A DNA stretch of 44,994 bases from a virus (lineage: Duplodnaviria; Heunggongvirae; Uroviricota; Caudoviricetes): the IMG/VR virus record IMGVR_UViG_3300038492_000258, positions 1 to 44,994 of that record, one strand, 5' to 3'. This document shows, in pieces, positions 8,931-18,752 of the stretch (the first letter of the stretch is position 1; each line of letters starts with the position of its first letter). The notes below the pieces were generated by a model. It ran no database searches. It had not been told where the DNA came from and saw only the letters and a program-made list of their open reading frames with translations. The position numbers and the translations under genes are program-made.

Positions 8931-9868
8931 TGCGAAGTTGTACAGCTAAATTCATCCAAAACCATTCCACAAACGGAATTTCGCAGATCCTTACTAATCT
9001 GCACATTATGAATTGGATTGGGGTTACCATGTTCAAAGACAGTAATCGCCGCAGGCGAAGTTCCTACAATTACATAATCATCATACGTCACCATACCACG
9101 AGTGTAACCAAGCACAGCATGGTCACTTGGCAAATTGGTATGGCTTAATTCACTTATACTAGGAAGAGGAGTCTGCCAAGCATCTTGAACCTCACCGCCT
9201 CGCTCGAATACAGTAAGACTCTTGCGAGACAAATTGTACAGCATACCATCTTTATGTGGCCTTGCGTTATGCGTATCAGGATTTTGCAATTGTAATTTTG
9301 TCGTCTGTCCAGTTAAGAAGTCATATCGCCACAAACCATCTGTATACGCTCCTGAGTACCACATGGAATCATCATTAGCATATACGGAGTCTAAATGCAT
9401 AAACCCGCCCTCCGAAAGGTAATCCGAAGTTAGCGGGTCAAAGGGTTTAGTTCCAGCAGTTTCTTTGTTATGAACATAACTAGTCGTCCATGCTCTTGCG
9501 ACAAGATCAAAGACCATAATAGTATCCGTTCCTCCGGAACAAATATAGAGTTTGTCCTTATGTCGCCATGCTTCGTGTGTGAGTCTTAGATATTTACTTC
9601 CATAGAAGTCGGTGTGTTCTAACTTTCCGTCTTTCAGACGGAAGGCAAATAGTTCATTGCCAGCCACGGCATATAGAGTATCACCCCAAAACGCCATACC
9701 TCGAATTCCACGATCTCCACCACGACCATCCCAACAGATATCTGGGTTACTCCAATCAAGTAACTGAGATACTTCGTCAGTCTCTAAATTAATGCGGTAG
9801 ATACCACCATGGCTATCGCCACGATGAGTAGACCGGATCACAGAGGAAACAATAATACTGGGTAACAT
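8927..9868 (-). CDS. Putative beta-propeller protein, function unknown
   Basis: Repeated short beta-strand units (RGMAF...LYAV, HEAW...LYIC, HLDSV...MWYS, RGMV...VIVG). Confidence 0.55.
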   Translation of the reverse strand: MLPSIIVSSVIRSTHRGDSHGGIYRINLETDEVSQLLDWSNPDICWDGRGGDRGIRGMAFWGDTLYAVAGNELFAFRLKDGKLEHTDFYGSKYLRLTHEAWRHKDKLYICSGGTDTIMVFDLVARAWTTSYVHNKETAGTKPFDPLTSDYLSEGGFMHLDSVYANDDSMWYSGAYTDGLWRYDFLTGQTTKLQLQNPDTHNARPHKDGMLYNLSRKSLTVFERGGEVQDAWQTPLPSISELSHTNLPSDHAVLGYTRGMVTYDDYVIVGTSPAAITVFEHGNPNPIHNVQISKDLRNSVCGMVLDEFSCTTSQ

Positions 9869-10429
9869 TTAATGCTCCGTACTAAATACCACACCCTGCG
9901 TTCGAAGTACATCAGCTCCGTTCGACTTACAAAAAGAAAGTAAAGGGTTAATATAGTCCGTATACATAAGAGCCGGGTCGACCCCGTTTCTAATAAGATC
10001 TGCACACAGATCATCGTGATCAAGCATAATCACATTATCTGGGCCGCCCAGGGAGCAGAGGATAGGTCCAATGTTCTGGACTCCTTTAATCGTTTCGATC
10101 TTAGGAACAATTTTGATGTCTTTGGGAACTGCCCGGTTAAAAGGAAAGACATCTTCGTGGCTTTCCACATTAGAGACCGCGAGATATTTAATTTGCGGAT
10201 GGCTCTTAATAAACTCGACCGTTTCTTCAAGGGAATAACGGTGAGCAGGAGGTTTACTGCGACCAATAGGATTATCTAGAAAAACATCGTGGGGTGTTCT
10301 GGCTAATTTTTCGCTTAAATCTTTAAGCGACGGCACCCAAGCCATATTAACACGAACAATAGCTTCGGGCGGAAGCCGAATTTCTCCACAGTCAAATACG
10401 TGACTAGAAACTAATAACATTATAGCCAA
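9869..10429 (-). CDS. HpcH/HpaI aldolase / pyruvate-kinase-barrel-like protein
   Basis: RVNMAW, SNVES, IVPKIETIKGVQNI, IMLDHDDL. Confidence 0.62.
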   Translation of the reverse strand: MAIMLLVSSHVFDCGEIRLPPEAIVRVNMAWVPSLKDLSEKLARTPHDVFLDNPIGRSKPPAHRYSLEETVEFIKSHPQIKYLAVSNVESHEDVFPFNRAVPKDIKIVPKIETIKGVQNIGPILCSLGGPDNVIMLDHDDLCADLIRNGVDPALMYTDYINPLLSFCKSNGADVLRTQGVVFSTEH

Positions 10430-10902
10430 GCCTCATTTTCTTCAAAAAATTTCATGACGACTGCATCGCCGCCCGATCTATTAATAATACCAGCAACATC
10501 ACGAACGGCTTTTGGAGCATCATTCGGACAAATGGCTTCGCCACCACCATCACGAACCGCCTTCAATAAGGCGATGTCGTAATAATCGTCTCCAATAAAA
10601 GCTACTTGCTCTAATTCAACCTGATACTTCTGTAACAATTCGTCTAGCACGGACAGCTTGTTGGTCGTGTAAACAAAATCAATATCATTTTCTAATGCAA
10701 TCACTTCATTGACACGGCGATCTCTCGAAACGAAACAAACGTTAATATGTCTTCCCTTCATGCGAGCAATAGCTGTAAAATCATGATCATGAAACTGTTT
10801 ATTCAAAACAGTGCCATTACGGCAATAGGTTTTCTTGCCGTTTGTCATAACGCCATCGACACTTAGCAATAATAATGCTAGCGGTTTCTTGTTAGAAGAC
10901 AT
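10420..10902 (-). CDS. KdsC/YrbI-like HAD phosphatase with nucleophile Asp replaced by Ser
   Basis: SVDGVMTNG (canonical DVDGVLTDG), NKL, FIGDDYYD, CPNDA, GGDAVV. Start moved to ATG 10902. Confidence 0.8.
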   Translation of the reverse strand: MSSNKKPLALLLLSVDGVMTNGKKTYCRNGTVLNKQFHDHDFTAIARMKGRHINVCFVSRDRRVNEVIALENDIDFVYTTNKLSVLDELLQKYQVELEQVAFIGDDYYDIALLKAVRDGGGEAICPNDAPKAVRDVAGIINRSGGDAVVMKFFEENEAWL

Positions 10903-11482
10903 AATCAAATCTTTCGATATCTTCACGATATAAAGCGGCAATTGCTTTGCGAGCATCTGCCGTATAGTACTTCCGATACCCGTGGTCGTACTTACCCACA
11001 CTCAGGTGTTGTAATTCTTTCTGTGGTAAATCAAAAAATTCGCATAAGTGACCGAACGCCATATTTAAGTTGGCATAATCTTCAATCCAAGGAATCTCTT
11101 CACCGTGTCGATCAATCACAAAATCTCTTTGGCTGCGAAAGAATACGTCTTCACACCACTCGGAATCTTTTAGCCGACAGCAAAAGTCTGTGAAGTCTTC
11201 AAACTCGCTCAGTAGCGGCTTGTCCGTAGTGACAGTTCGCGAGTATTGATTTTTGCGTTCACGAGTAAAGTTAAAGTATGTTGAAACAGTTTTTTCCCAC
11301 GGATTACGAACAAACGCGAACTTAAAGAAGGAATCCAGACGACGCTCTAGATCGCAGGCACGCATGTAATGCTCATTGGGCTCAGGATATCCAATGTTAT
11401 AGCCATAGTAATTATGGATACTCGTGCTGGCCGTTCTCGGAATAGCAACATACGCCATTCCTGCTCTCTCATCTACGTACAT
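10892..11482 (-). CDS. Sulfotransferase family 2 (carbohydrate sulfotransferase-like)
   Basis: 5'-PSB IPRTASTSI, 3'-PB FAFVRNPWEKTVSTY, C-terminal Y.EDIERFDY. Confidence 0.85.
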   Translation of the reverse strand: MYVDERAGMAYVAIPRTASTSIHNYYGYNIGYPEPNEHYMRACDLERRLDSFFKFAFVRNPWEKTVSTYFNFTRERKNQYSRTVTTDKPLLSEFEDFTDFCCRLKDSEWCEDVFFRSQRDFVIDRHGEEIPWIEDYANLNMAFGHLCEFFDLPQKELQHLSVGKYDHGYRKYYTADARKAIAALYREDIERFDYVF

Positions 11483-12185
11483 TGAGGAAGCTCTCCAGGT
11501 CTTCCGGCGTACCCAAACCAGCCATACGGTCTACGAAAAACGGCAGTACATACTTTTCTTCACCGATAATCTCGTTATAGACCGGAGCAATATAAAACTC
11601 GCCATTAGTACGAATGTCCTTAGCAATCATGCTCTCAGCAGCTTCAACAAAATCAGATCCTCGTTGAAAATAATAAATGCCACATGTAGCAACATTACTA
11701 ATAGGGCGTTTTTCAGCAACTTCAATCACCTTGCCAGTATGATCTAAACGCGTAAAACTCCACTTGGGATGACATGCATTAAAGGTAAAAATAATGCCGT
11801 CTTGGACGGCATATCTACGCATTAAATCAAAATTACGTTTATCATACTCGACATACTGATCTGAATTAGCAATGAGTAATGGAGTACCATTATTAATAAT
11901 CTCTTTTGCTAGCAATGCCGTACAGGCGGCACCCTCTGTTAATTTTGATACTTCAACAATACTAACATCTTTGCCCGGCAACATGCTTCTAAGGGCATCT
12001 TTCATGTTATATTGATTAATTTGGTCTTCTCGACATAGAAATGTATACGCATCACAATCAGGCAGCGAATCGATCACTACCTGAATCATGGGACGACCAT
12101 CTACATCAATTAATGGTTTAGGAAAAGTATAACCCGCCTGGGTGAATCTACTTCCCTCCCCCGCCATCGGAATTAGTGCTCTCAT
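11469..12185 (-). CDS. Sugar-phosphate nucleotidyltransferase
   Basis: IPMAGEGSRF...PKPLI, TEGAACT, IANSDQ, VAEK, GEFYIAPVYN, LGTPEDL. Confidence 0.85.
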   Translation of the reverse strand: MRALIPMAGEGSRFTQAGYTFPKPLIDVDGRPMIQVVIDSLPDCDAYTFLCREDQINQYNMKDALRSMLPGKDVSIVEVSKLTEGAACTALLAKEIINNGTPLLIANSDQYVEYDKRNFDLMRRYAVQDGIIFTFNACHPKWSFTRLDHTGKVIEVAEKRPISNVATCGIYYFQRGSDFVEAAESMIAKDIRTNGEFYIAPVYNEIIGEEKYVLPFFVDRMAGLGTPEDLESFLNVRR

Positions 12186-12864
12186 GTGTGTTAACTGTAC
12201 TCACTGCTGCGGCTAAAGATAGCCAATTAAGATCTGCTGAACTCGCCACTCTCATTAAGTGAGCACCAGAAGCTTTAGCTGCTGCCTGACCCTTGGGGGA
12301 ATCTTCAATAATCAAAGTTTCGTTCGGCATAACACCGAACAGGGCCATAGCTTTCCAGTACCCCTCAGGGTGTGGTTTGGGGTGGTCAATATCCTCGTTG
12401 GTAATAACGGTTTCCATCGAGTTCGCCACGCCAAGTTTCTCTAACATCTTCCATGTTGTCTGTTTAATGGAATTTGTCACACACGCAATGCGAATATTGT
12501 TACTCCTCAGTAGTTTTAGTAAACTAACGAGGCGTTCGTTGTGCAATTTTCCCGTACGAGGACGCGGACCAACGGCTGTTCTAATCGTATGTCCCTGATA
12601 TGTGTCTTTTTCTTCTAACACTTCTAAGAAGTACTTTTGTTTTAACTCCTTAATTTTATCAAAATCTTCTACCTCTACCCGCCCCAAACGCCTTAACATT
12701 TCTAATTTGACAGATGTCGGTAGGCCATTAAACTTTTCCTCGTGCTCGTCACGCTCAATGGTCGTTTGAGATACTTCACGTAATGCACGATTTAACGCTT
12801 CATAATGCCAATCACAAGCATCAAGGAGCACGCCATCTAAATCAAATAAAATAGCCTTAATCAT
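12148..12864 (-). CDS. HAD-IA family phosphatase
   Basis: FDLDGVL, VTNS, PKPHPEG, IEDSPKG. Confidence 0.9.
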   Translation of the reverse strand: MIKAILFDLDGVLLDACDWHYEALNRALREVSQTTIERDEHEEKFNGLPTSVKLEMLRRLGRVEVEDFDKIKELKQKYFLEVLEEKDTYQGHTIRTAVGPRPRTGKLHNERLVSLLKLLRSNNIRIACVTNSIKQTTWKMLEKLGVANSMETVITNEDIDHPKPHPEGYWKAMALFGVMPNETLIIEDSPKGQAAAKASGAHLMRVASSADLNWLSLAAAVSTVNTHESTNSDGGGGK

Positions 12865-13559
12865 TTCTGTGCCCTAAAGAACAATGCTTGATCGTGTCCA
12901 ATGCTCATGTTAGCTGCACGTCCAGGACGCAAGATATAATCAAAATTCCTAAAACCGATTTGTGTCAAATCATCAGCTACATTTTGTACATCTACTACCT
13001 CAACGTCACACATGCCGTTAGTACCGCCTGCATCATAATGATTCTTGTAATAACTAACAAAACATCCTGCAACGCCAGTTGGACTATGTCCCATTTGAAC
13101 GGTGATCCAACCATCAGGCTTCAGGACACGCAAGAATTCTTTGAGAATATTATATCTAATTTCATGAACAGCAATATGCTGTAAACAAATGGTGCTCATG
13201 ACAATATCATACGTATCCGATGGGATTTCTGACAAGTCAACGCCATTAGTAATATACACATTACTCTCAGGTGAAGCTTCGCGAGCCCGCTCAACTAATG
13301 TCGAACTAATATCAACCCCATCGATACGCTCAAAACGATCTTTGTAGAATATAAGATTTCGACCAGGACCACAACCAAAATCCAACATCACTTTGTCTGA
13401 CAGCTCAAAATCAAAGTGACTAAATAAGTGCTCGTACTCTGGCCATGCATTTTGTCTGGCCCGGCCCGACTCATGAAATACAGAATTGGCATTATTGTCA
13501 TCTGCCGCTTCGTAATACTTCTTCTGCATTTCTGTGTATTTATTATTCTTATCAACCAT
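12861..13559 (-). CDS. Class I SAM-dependent methyltransferase
   Basis: LDFGCGPG, GVDIS, YDIV...LQHI, RVLKPDG. Start moved to ATG 13559. Confidence 0.9.
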   Translation of the reverse strand: MVDKNNKYTEMQKKYYEAADDNNANSVFHESGRARQNAWPEYEHLFSHFDFELSDKVMLDFGCGPGRNLIFYKDRFERIDGVDISSTLVERAREASPESNVYITNGVDLSEIPSDTYDIVMSTICLQHIAVHEIRYNILKEFLRVLKPDGWITVQMGHSPTGVAGCFVSYYKNHYDAGGTNGMCDVEVVDVQNVADDLTQIGFRNFDYILRPGRAANMSIGHDQALFFRAQK

Positions 13560-14280
13560 TAGTGTCTCCCAGCGGTACAAACTTCTCCCACGGAGCATTT
13601 TCTTTTTGTTTCAAAAAACGAACAGGTGAGTGCTCATTGAGATTAAAGACTTCTCTGCCATATTTCTGGTAAAGTAATCTGCTCCATTGCACATCCTCTC
13701 CTTGACCCCATCCTCTGTTTTCATCTAGTGGTAAGGCTAAGGCAACTTCTTTCTTAACACAGTAATAAGCACCCGAATAATATTGCCAACGCTCATGACC
13801 TCGTGTGCCATATTCCAACAATCTACCAGGAATTGAACCCGGAGGAGATTGGTCATCAATTGGTGGATTCATCCAAGAATCATTATAAATAACACACCAA
13901 TCCCTAAATCGTTCACCGTCTTGGTTTTTAATTGGAGTTATGCACGTCAACCAATCATCACCAAATTCCTCAAAGCCCTTTTGCCAATCTTTTTCTAATC
14001 CAACATAATCGTGCAACATACAAATATTCTCATGGTATGCTACCTGAGCAATTAGATTTTTCTTACGCGTAATCCAACCCGCCTTTACGTCTTCTCGAAA
14101 AGGAATGTGAACAATGCCATGACGCTCAATCATGTCAACCGGAATATTCTCACCACCCACGACAACAATTTGGTCATTGTCATAGTAATTATCTTCTGCA
14201 TTATTACGAATCGTATCACAAATAATACTGATCCGCTTCCATTCATTACCAGCGGTTATGATCCCAAACGTCCAATCCAT
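13552..14280 (-). CDS. Putative GT-A fold glycosyltransferase
   Basis: TFGIIT, WITRKKN, CMLHDY (DxD-equivalent), WGQGEDVQWS. Confidence 0.68.
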   Translation of the reverse strand: MDWTFGIITAGNEWKRISIICDTIRNNAEDNYYDNDQIVVVGGENIPVDMIERHGIVHIPFREDVKAGWITRKKNLIAQVAYHENICMLHDYVGLEKDWQKGFEEFGDDWLTCITPIKNQDGERFRDWCVIYNDSWMNPPIDDQSPPGSIPGRLLEYGTRGHERWQYYSGAYYCVKKEVALALPLDENRGWGQGEDVQWSRLLYQKYGREVFNLNEHSPVRFLKQKENAPWEKFVPLGDTNG

Positions 14281-14543
14281 CTTCTCCCCTTCTGATATCT
14301 CTGTGGTTCTTCTAAAGGCTTATAATCAAAGTGCCCAATAATCTCACAATTATGTCTATTCAAAAAAGCTAATAAGTCTTTATCGTGATAGTGATAAGCG
14401 TTACCAATTTCACCAAGTTCAGGATACGTTAAACGCCGCCAGCCATTAGCACCGTTTCTAGCAATTACTATTTCTTTATACTTTAGTCTAGAATGATGTG
14501 ACCGCACAACCATAAGCGGCCTTAATTGCGAAGCATCAATCAT
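14256..14543 (-). CDS. Hypothetical protein
   Basis: Coupled ORF (ATGA overlap). Confidence 0.6.
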   Translation of the reverse strand: MIDASQLRPLMVVRSHHSRLKYKEIVIARNGANGWRRLTYPELGEIGNAYHYHDKDLLAFLNRHNCEIIGHFDYKPLEEPQRYQKGRRWIGRLGS

Positions 14544-15193
14544 TTTTGCAGACGAATAATGGTGTCCGCATGAGCGGCACCCGGAGTCATAACCCGACTA
14601 ACAGAAATGCGTCCACCAAGTTCTGCGAGAAACGTAGACATCTTCCGCCAACTATACGTATTCCAAAAATGAGTTACCTCAGGCCGTCCTTCGATCCCTG
14701 AACTTCTTTCTTCAATTCTATGATCATCTTCATCAATAGGATCCAAAAACAAAACAATAACAAGTTCCGATTCGGCAATTTCAAACGCTTTACGAACTAC
14801 CTCTTCGTACTGACCATGCGGCAAGTGTTCTAAAATGTGTCGTAACACTACAACATGCTGAGAGTTATTACCAAAATACTGATCTAACTCTTGAGCATAA
14901 CCCTGCACCAATGTAATTTCTTCACCATACAGACCACGAGCGTGAGCGAGTAGTTTGTCAGTGAGATCAAAACCGGTATAATCGCACTTCACGCCCATAC
15001 GTTTCCAACATTCCCAGTTAACGGCAGAACCACAGGCCACATCTAATACTGTAGGATTATCATAAGCCGCAAGAATACGACCAAGAGCCTGCCGACCCAG
15101 ATTCGTAATACCAGTTTGATGATTACGTAGGAAATTTTTTACTGTTTCTTCTGAGAAGAAGTCATGATCATTGCTGTGCGTTTTGTAATTCAT
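14540..15193 (-). CDS. Class I SAM-dependent methyltransferase
   Basis: VLDVACGS, YTGFDL, RHILEHL. Start moved to ATG 15193. Confidence 0.85.
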   Translation of the reverse strand: MNYKTHSNDHDFFSEETVKNFLRNHQTGITNLGRQALGRILAAYDNPTVLDVACGSAVNWECWKRMGVKCDYTGFDLTDKLLAHARGLYGEEITLVQGYAQELDQYFGNNSQHVVVLRHILEHLPHGQYEEVVRKAFEIAESELVIVLFLDPIDEDDHRIEERSSGIEGRPEVTHFWNTYSWRKMSTFLAELGGRISVSRVMTPGAAHADTIIRLQK

Positions 15194-15371
15194 GAAGCTT
15201 AAAGTCCATTTCTCGTGAAGCACGAATCAGAGCAACGCCCATCGTGATAGCAAAATCACCATCTTTGATTCTAATACATTGTCCAGTACGTTTGCCATAA
15301 TCATCAAGTGGCAACAATCTTAAAGCACCATCTCTATCAAAAGTTAATGCATAATTAGTAAACTCTTTCAT
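15168..15371 (-). CDS. Hypothetical protein
   Basis: ATG 15371 overlaps upstream TGA; fills gap. Confidence 0.6.
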   Translation of the reverse strand: MKEFTNYALTFDRDGALRLLPLDDYGKRTGQCIRIKDGDFAITMGVALIRASREMDFKLHELQNAQQ

Positions 15372-15964
15372 GACCAATACTCCTTATTCTGCTGCTGAAA
15401 TTCTCTGTAATTAGCATCAATAACAGCATCATGAACGTCATACTGCATATCAAAATCAATCTGACCTTCCCACTTCCAATGTACGCCGCCTGGACCAGTC
15501 CATTTCGGAATAGGGTATTTCATTAATAAATCATAACGTTTAGGAGTAAAACGAAGCTTATCTCCATACTCCTCGATCATCCACTTATGATGATTTGCAC
15601 CGAATGTCCACACACTGTGGTCATTATTCCAAAAGAATTTGACTGACTCCGCACCACGATGAGGAATCTCAATGATACCTCGCTTCGCCACACGGCTCAT
15701 CTCTCTCATTGCGAGAACTGGCGAAGTTAAATCCTCTAGCGTTTGCGAGCAAATACAAACATCAAAATGCTTATCTGGGAATGGAAACGTGTCGGCGGCC
15801 AGGTCGAGCAGCACGTATTCTTTGCCACCCTTACCTAAATTCATAATGTCAATCACTACATCGGCAATCGGCACTGGATCCATAGCACCGCCAACATCAA
15901 GAATCTTCTCTCGTCCTTCTTTGAAATTAAGCTCCGCAAGGAGCTTCTGCCAATGATCTCTCAT
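15368..15964 (-). CDS. Methyltransferase type 11-like protein
   Basis: ILDVGG, FPFPDKHFDVCICSQTLEDL, EMSRVAK. Confidence 0.8.
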   Translation of the reverse strand: MRDHWQKLLAELNFKEGREKILDVGGAMDPVPIADVVIDIMNLGKGGKEYVLLDLAADTFPFPDKHFDVCICSQTLEDLTSPVLAMREMSRVAKRGIIEIPHRGAESVKFFWNNDHSVWTFGANHHKWMIEEYGDKLRFTPKRYDLLMKYPIPKWTGPGGVHWKWEGQIDFDMQYDVHDAVIDANYREFQQQNKEYWS

Positions 15965-16221
15965 CCCGTAATATCTCCGTTAAGCTCAATTTTGCTATCT
16001 TCATAAGGAGCAACAAACCTACGATAAAATTCTTGTTTCGCGGACTCCATTGCTCCAACTACAGCATTAGCATTTTCATACTTCATGCCAAACCTACGGC
16101 AATAGTCAAGTGCAATCATATTAATAATGTAGTTGAATTCGCCAGCATTTTGCACAAGACCAGAAACCATCTCTAGATATGGCTCAAATTTTTTACGATC
16201 TTCCGGATTGATATAGGGCAT
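15961..16221 (-). CDS. Conserved phage protein (DUF6899-like)
   Basis: MPYI...GEFNY...KQEFYRR..APYED.K...NGD signature, recalled from phage proteins. Confidence 0.65.
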   Translation of the reverse strand: MPYINPEDRKKFEPYLEMVSGLVQNAGEFNYIINMIALDYCRRFGMKYENANAVVGAMESAKQEFYRRFVAPYEDSKIELNGDITG

Positions 16222-17195
16222 TATAGAATTCCAATTTGGCTAAAAATGTCCTGGAAGCGATGCTTCCACTGATGTTCTGCTAACATTCGCTCATGTCCAG
16301 CACGAGCGATAGCTTCACGCTCTTCATCATGCTCTAGATAGTACTTTAGTTTTTCAATCAGCTCCGGAATAGAGCTAGCGACTTCAATCTCCTTACCAAA
16401 TTCAAAATAACTTTGTAGATCATCAGCCGGAGTCGCTAACTGGAACTGACCAATCTGCGGGATCTCGAAGTGACGTCCCTTGATCTGCGGCATAGTTCCA
16501 TGATGCCACGGATTAGATAAGTTCAAACAAATTTTAGACTCATTGAACGCAGACAAAACAGAAGGAAAGTGTCTTTCGTAACCGTGCCAGCACTCATAAC
16601 CATCCCAATAATTACCCCAAAGATCCACCTTAATGCCGGCCTCTTGAATGGCGTCAATAATCTCAGCACGCAGAAATTTGCCATCTGGCATTTGGCCGTG
16701 TTTCTGTCCAACAAAACTAACATCGTATTTCTTTTCGGCATCGGGCTCATAAACATAAGACGGTGATCCACCCCACTGAGAACGAATCACTTTCATACCA
16801 TAATGTTCATACCACGGAATAGTATTGGAATGTGTAGTTATAAAGTGACTAACTCGATGCTTGCGAGGCATCACCCAAGAACCAAATCGCCACGATGAAT
16901 CACAGTCCCATTGGATAACCGGAATATCCTTTTTGAGAGCAATCTTTGCGGCTTGCTCGGGAAAATCTAGCTCCTCATTAAAGGCAACATGAAAAACAGC
17001 GTCGTAGTCACCCTCAAGAATAGTCTCTGTAGCACGTCTAATGTCGGCAGACTGATCAGGATATAGATAATCTACATCAAACATACCTTCGTAGGCACAT
17101 TGTTTGAGGCCCGCCTCAAGGTTCTGATGCTCGTAAGAGTATCCTTCGGCTTCCTTGCCATAGTTGTATAAAAGGCCAACGTAAAGTAATTTCAT
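16221..17195 (-). CDS. Glycosyltransferase, CgeB-like (GT-B)
   Basis: YDVSFVG, SKICLN, KGRHFEI, YYLEHDEEREAIARAG...H.W.HR. Confidence 0.88.
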   Translation of the reverse strand: MKLLYVGLLYNYGKEAEGYSYEHQNLEAGLKQCAYEGMFDVDYLYPDQSADIRRATETILEGDYDAVFHVAFNEELDFPEQAAKIALKKDIPVIQWDCDSSWRFGSWVMPRKHRVSHFITTHSNTIPWYEHYGMKVIRSQWGGSPSYVYEPDAEKKYDVSFVGQKHGQMPDGKFLRAEIIDAIQEAGIKVDLWGNYWDGYECWHGYERHFPSVLSAFNESKICLNLSNPWHHGTMPQIKGRHFEIPQIGQFQLATPADDLQSYFEFGKEIEVASSIPELIEKLKYYLEHDEEREAIARAGHERMLAEHQWKHRFQDIFSQIGIL

Positions 17196-17860
17196 CTTGG
17201 TACACTCGTATTCATACTGTATAAATAAAGACGCTGCGGAATATTATGAAACCGATAGCCATGTTGTAATAATATCAACCACAAGGCCCAATCTTCACAA
17301 CCAAGAAATCGTTTATCTGTTGGGTAATAATTAACCGCCTTAAGGGCGATTTTTCTAAGTAATACTGAACCGTGGGCCATCACATTCTCGACAGGAAGAC
17401 GAGCCGCGATTTGTTCATGAGTCTGATACTGTCCTGGCTGAAAACAAGAAGGTTTAAGTTCAGTTAAATTATAAACGTCCCACGCCAACGTGCCGCACAC
17501 ATCAATCTCGTCGTGTTCAAGCAAGAAGTCACGCTGGGTCTTTAGTTTATCGGGAGCATATGCGTCATCTGCATCTAGATAACCAATCCAATTTCCTTTG
17601 CATTTGGAAATACCGAAGTTCTTGGCGGCTGCCAATCCCTCTTTACGATCTCTCTTATATACCTGAAGATCTAATGCTTGTTTATGACCATTGATCGCTG
17701 CCTCGGTATATTCCCAGCATTCATCTAACACTAGCACTACGTCAAATCGTTTATACGTTTGATTTACTAACGAATCAAGAGCACGAAGCAAAAGGCGATC
17801 GTACTCATAGTTCGTGCTATGCACGCAGATTAAAACTGTGATATCGTCAGCGGTCTTCAT
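17192..17860 (-). CDS. Glycosyltransferase family 2
   Basis: ALDSLVNQT, GLAAAKNFG, YLDADD, KLKTQ, EDWALW. Confidence 0.92.
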   Translation of the reverse strand: MKTADDITVLICVHSTNYEYDRLLLRALDSLVNQTYKRFDVVLVLDECWEYTEAAINGHKQALDLQVYKRDRKEGLAAAKNFGISKCKGNWIGYLDADDAYAPDKLKTQRDFLLEHDEIDVCGTLAWDVYNLTELKPSCFQPGQYQTHEQIAARLPVENVMAHGSVLLRKIALKAVNYYPTDKRFLGCEDWALWLILLQHGYRFHNIPQRLYLYSMNTSVPR

Positions 17861-18752
17861 TGATGGTTTCTAATAGCATTCGGCAACGATCTTTGTATGT
17901 ATGATGCCCTAAAACATTTTGCTGTCCAATCTTTCTTACAAGATCTAATGCATGAGGATCACTTTGTAGCTCCTTGCATACAGACACTAAATTAGGCACA
18001 GACGCATAAGTAAAACCTGCACCCAACGCCTTCTCATTGACTTTAAAATCACGCTTCTCGGTAATGACAATAGCCCCAGCAGCGGGAGCTTCCCAATATC
18101 GCATGTTCAATAGACCGTGCCCCTGGGTCGGGTTCTGATTAATAATCACACGAGAAGAAGCTAGGGCGTCGATATACTCTTCTCTAAATTTGCCACCAAT
18201 TAACTCTAGATGAATACCACTCTTTTCTAATTCTTGTTGAAGTTGAATTCTGTCCGGACGAACTGAGCCGATCAAAGCAAAGTCATGCAGTTTCGGATGA
18301 TCTAACGGTCGACCATGTAATTCTGGGTCGCAAGCATAAGGCAAATAATAAGCGTTAGGGAATTTGTCTAGATCAAGTGGATTGGCAATAAACTGGTAAT
18401 CAAAATTAAAGAACTGTTGTAGGCCAGTAAGATGATCAGGATAGTAACTGGTATCGAATAGCCAGCATGCCGTCTTTTTGGCGTGTACCTGTTGTAATTC
18501 GGTGTACTGCGGATCACCATCATTACATTCTAAGAATAATAGTAGGTCCCATTCATCTAAAATAATACTACTAATAGCCGCATGTGCAAACTCAGGTTCG
18601 CTGGGTAGTTCAGTAATGAATTCATTAGACTGATACTTAAAACCATATGGTTGAACTTCGTGCCCGAGTTCGCGAAGGGCCTTGACAACCATGTCCCCAG
18701 TCGCCCAACCAGGAGACTGAGGAATACCACGATATGAAACAAGAATTCTCAT
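17847..18752 (-). CDS. Glycosyltransferase, CgeB-like (GT-B)
   Basis: YLPYACDP, DFALIG, SRVIIN, LNMRYWE, HTYKDR. Confidence 0.85.
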   Translation of the reverse strand: MRILVSYRGIPQSPGWATGDMVVKALRELGHEVQPYGFKYQSNEFITELPSEPEFAHAAISSIILDEWDLLLFLECNDGDPQYTELQQVHAKKTACWLFDTSYYPDHLTGLQQFFNFDYQFIANPLDLDKFPNAYYLPYACDPELHGRPLDHPKLHDFALIGSVRPDRIQLQQELEKSGIHLELIGGKFREEYIDALASSRVIINQNPTQGHGLLNMRYWEAPAAGAIVITEKRDFKVNEKALGAGFTYASVPNLVSVCKELQSDPHALDLVRKIGQQNVLGHHTYKDRCRMLLETINEDR

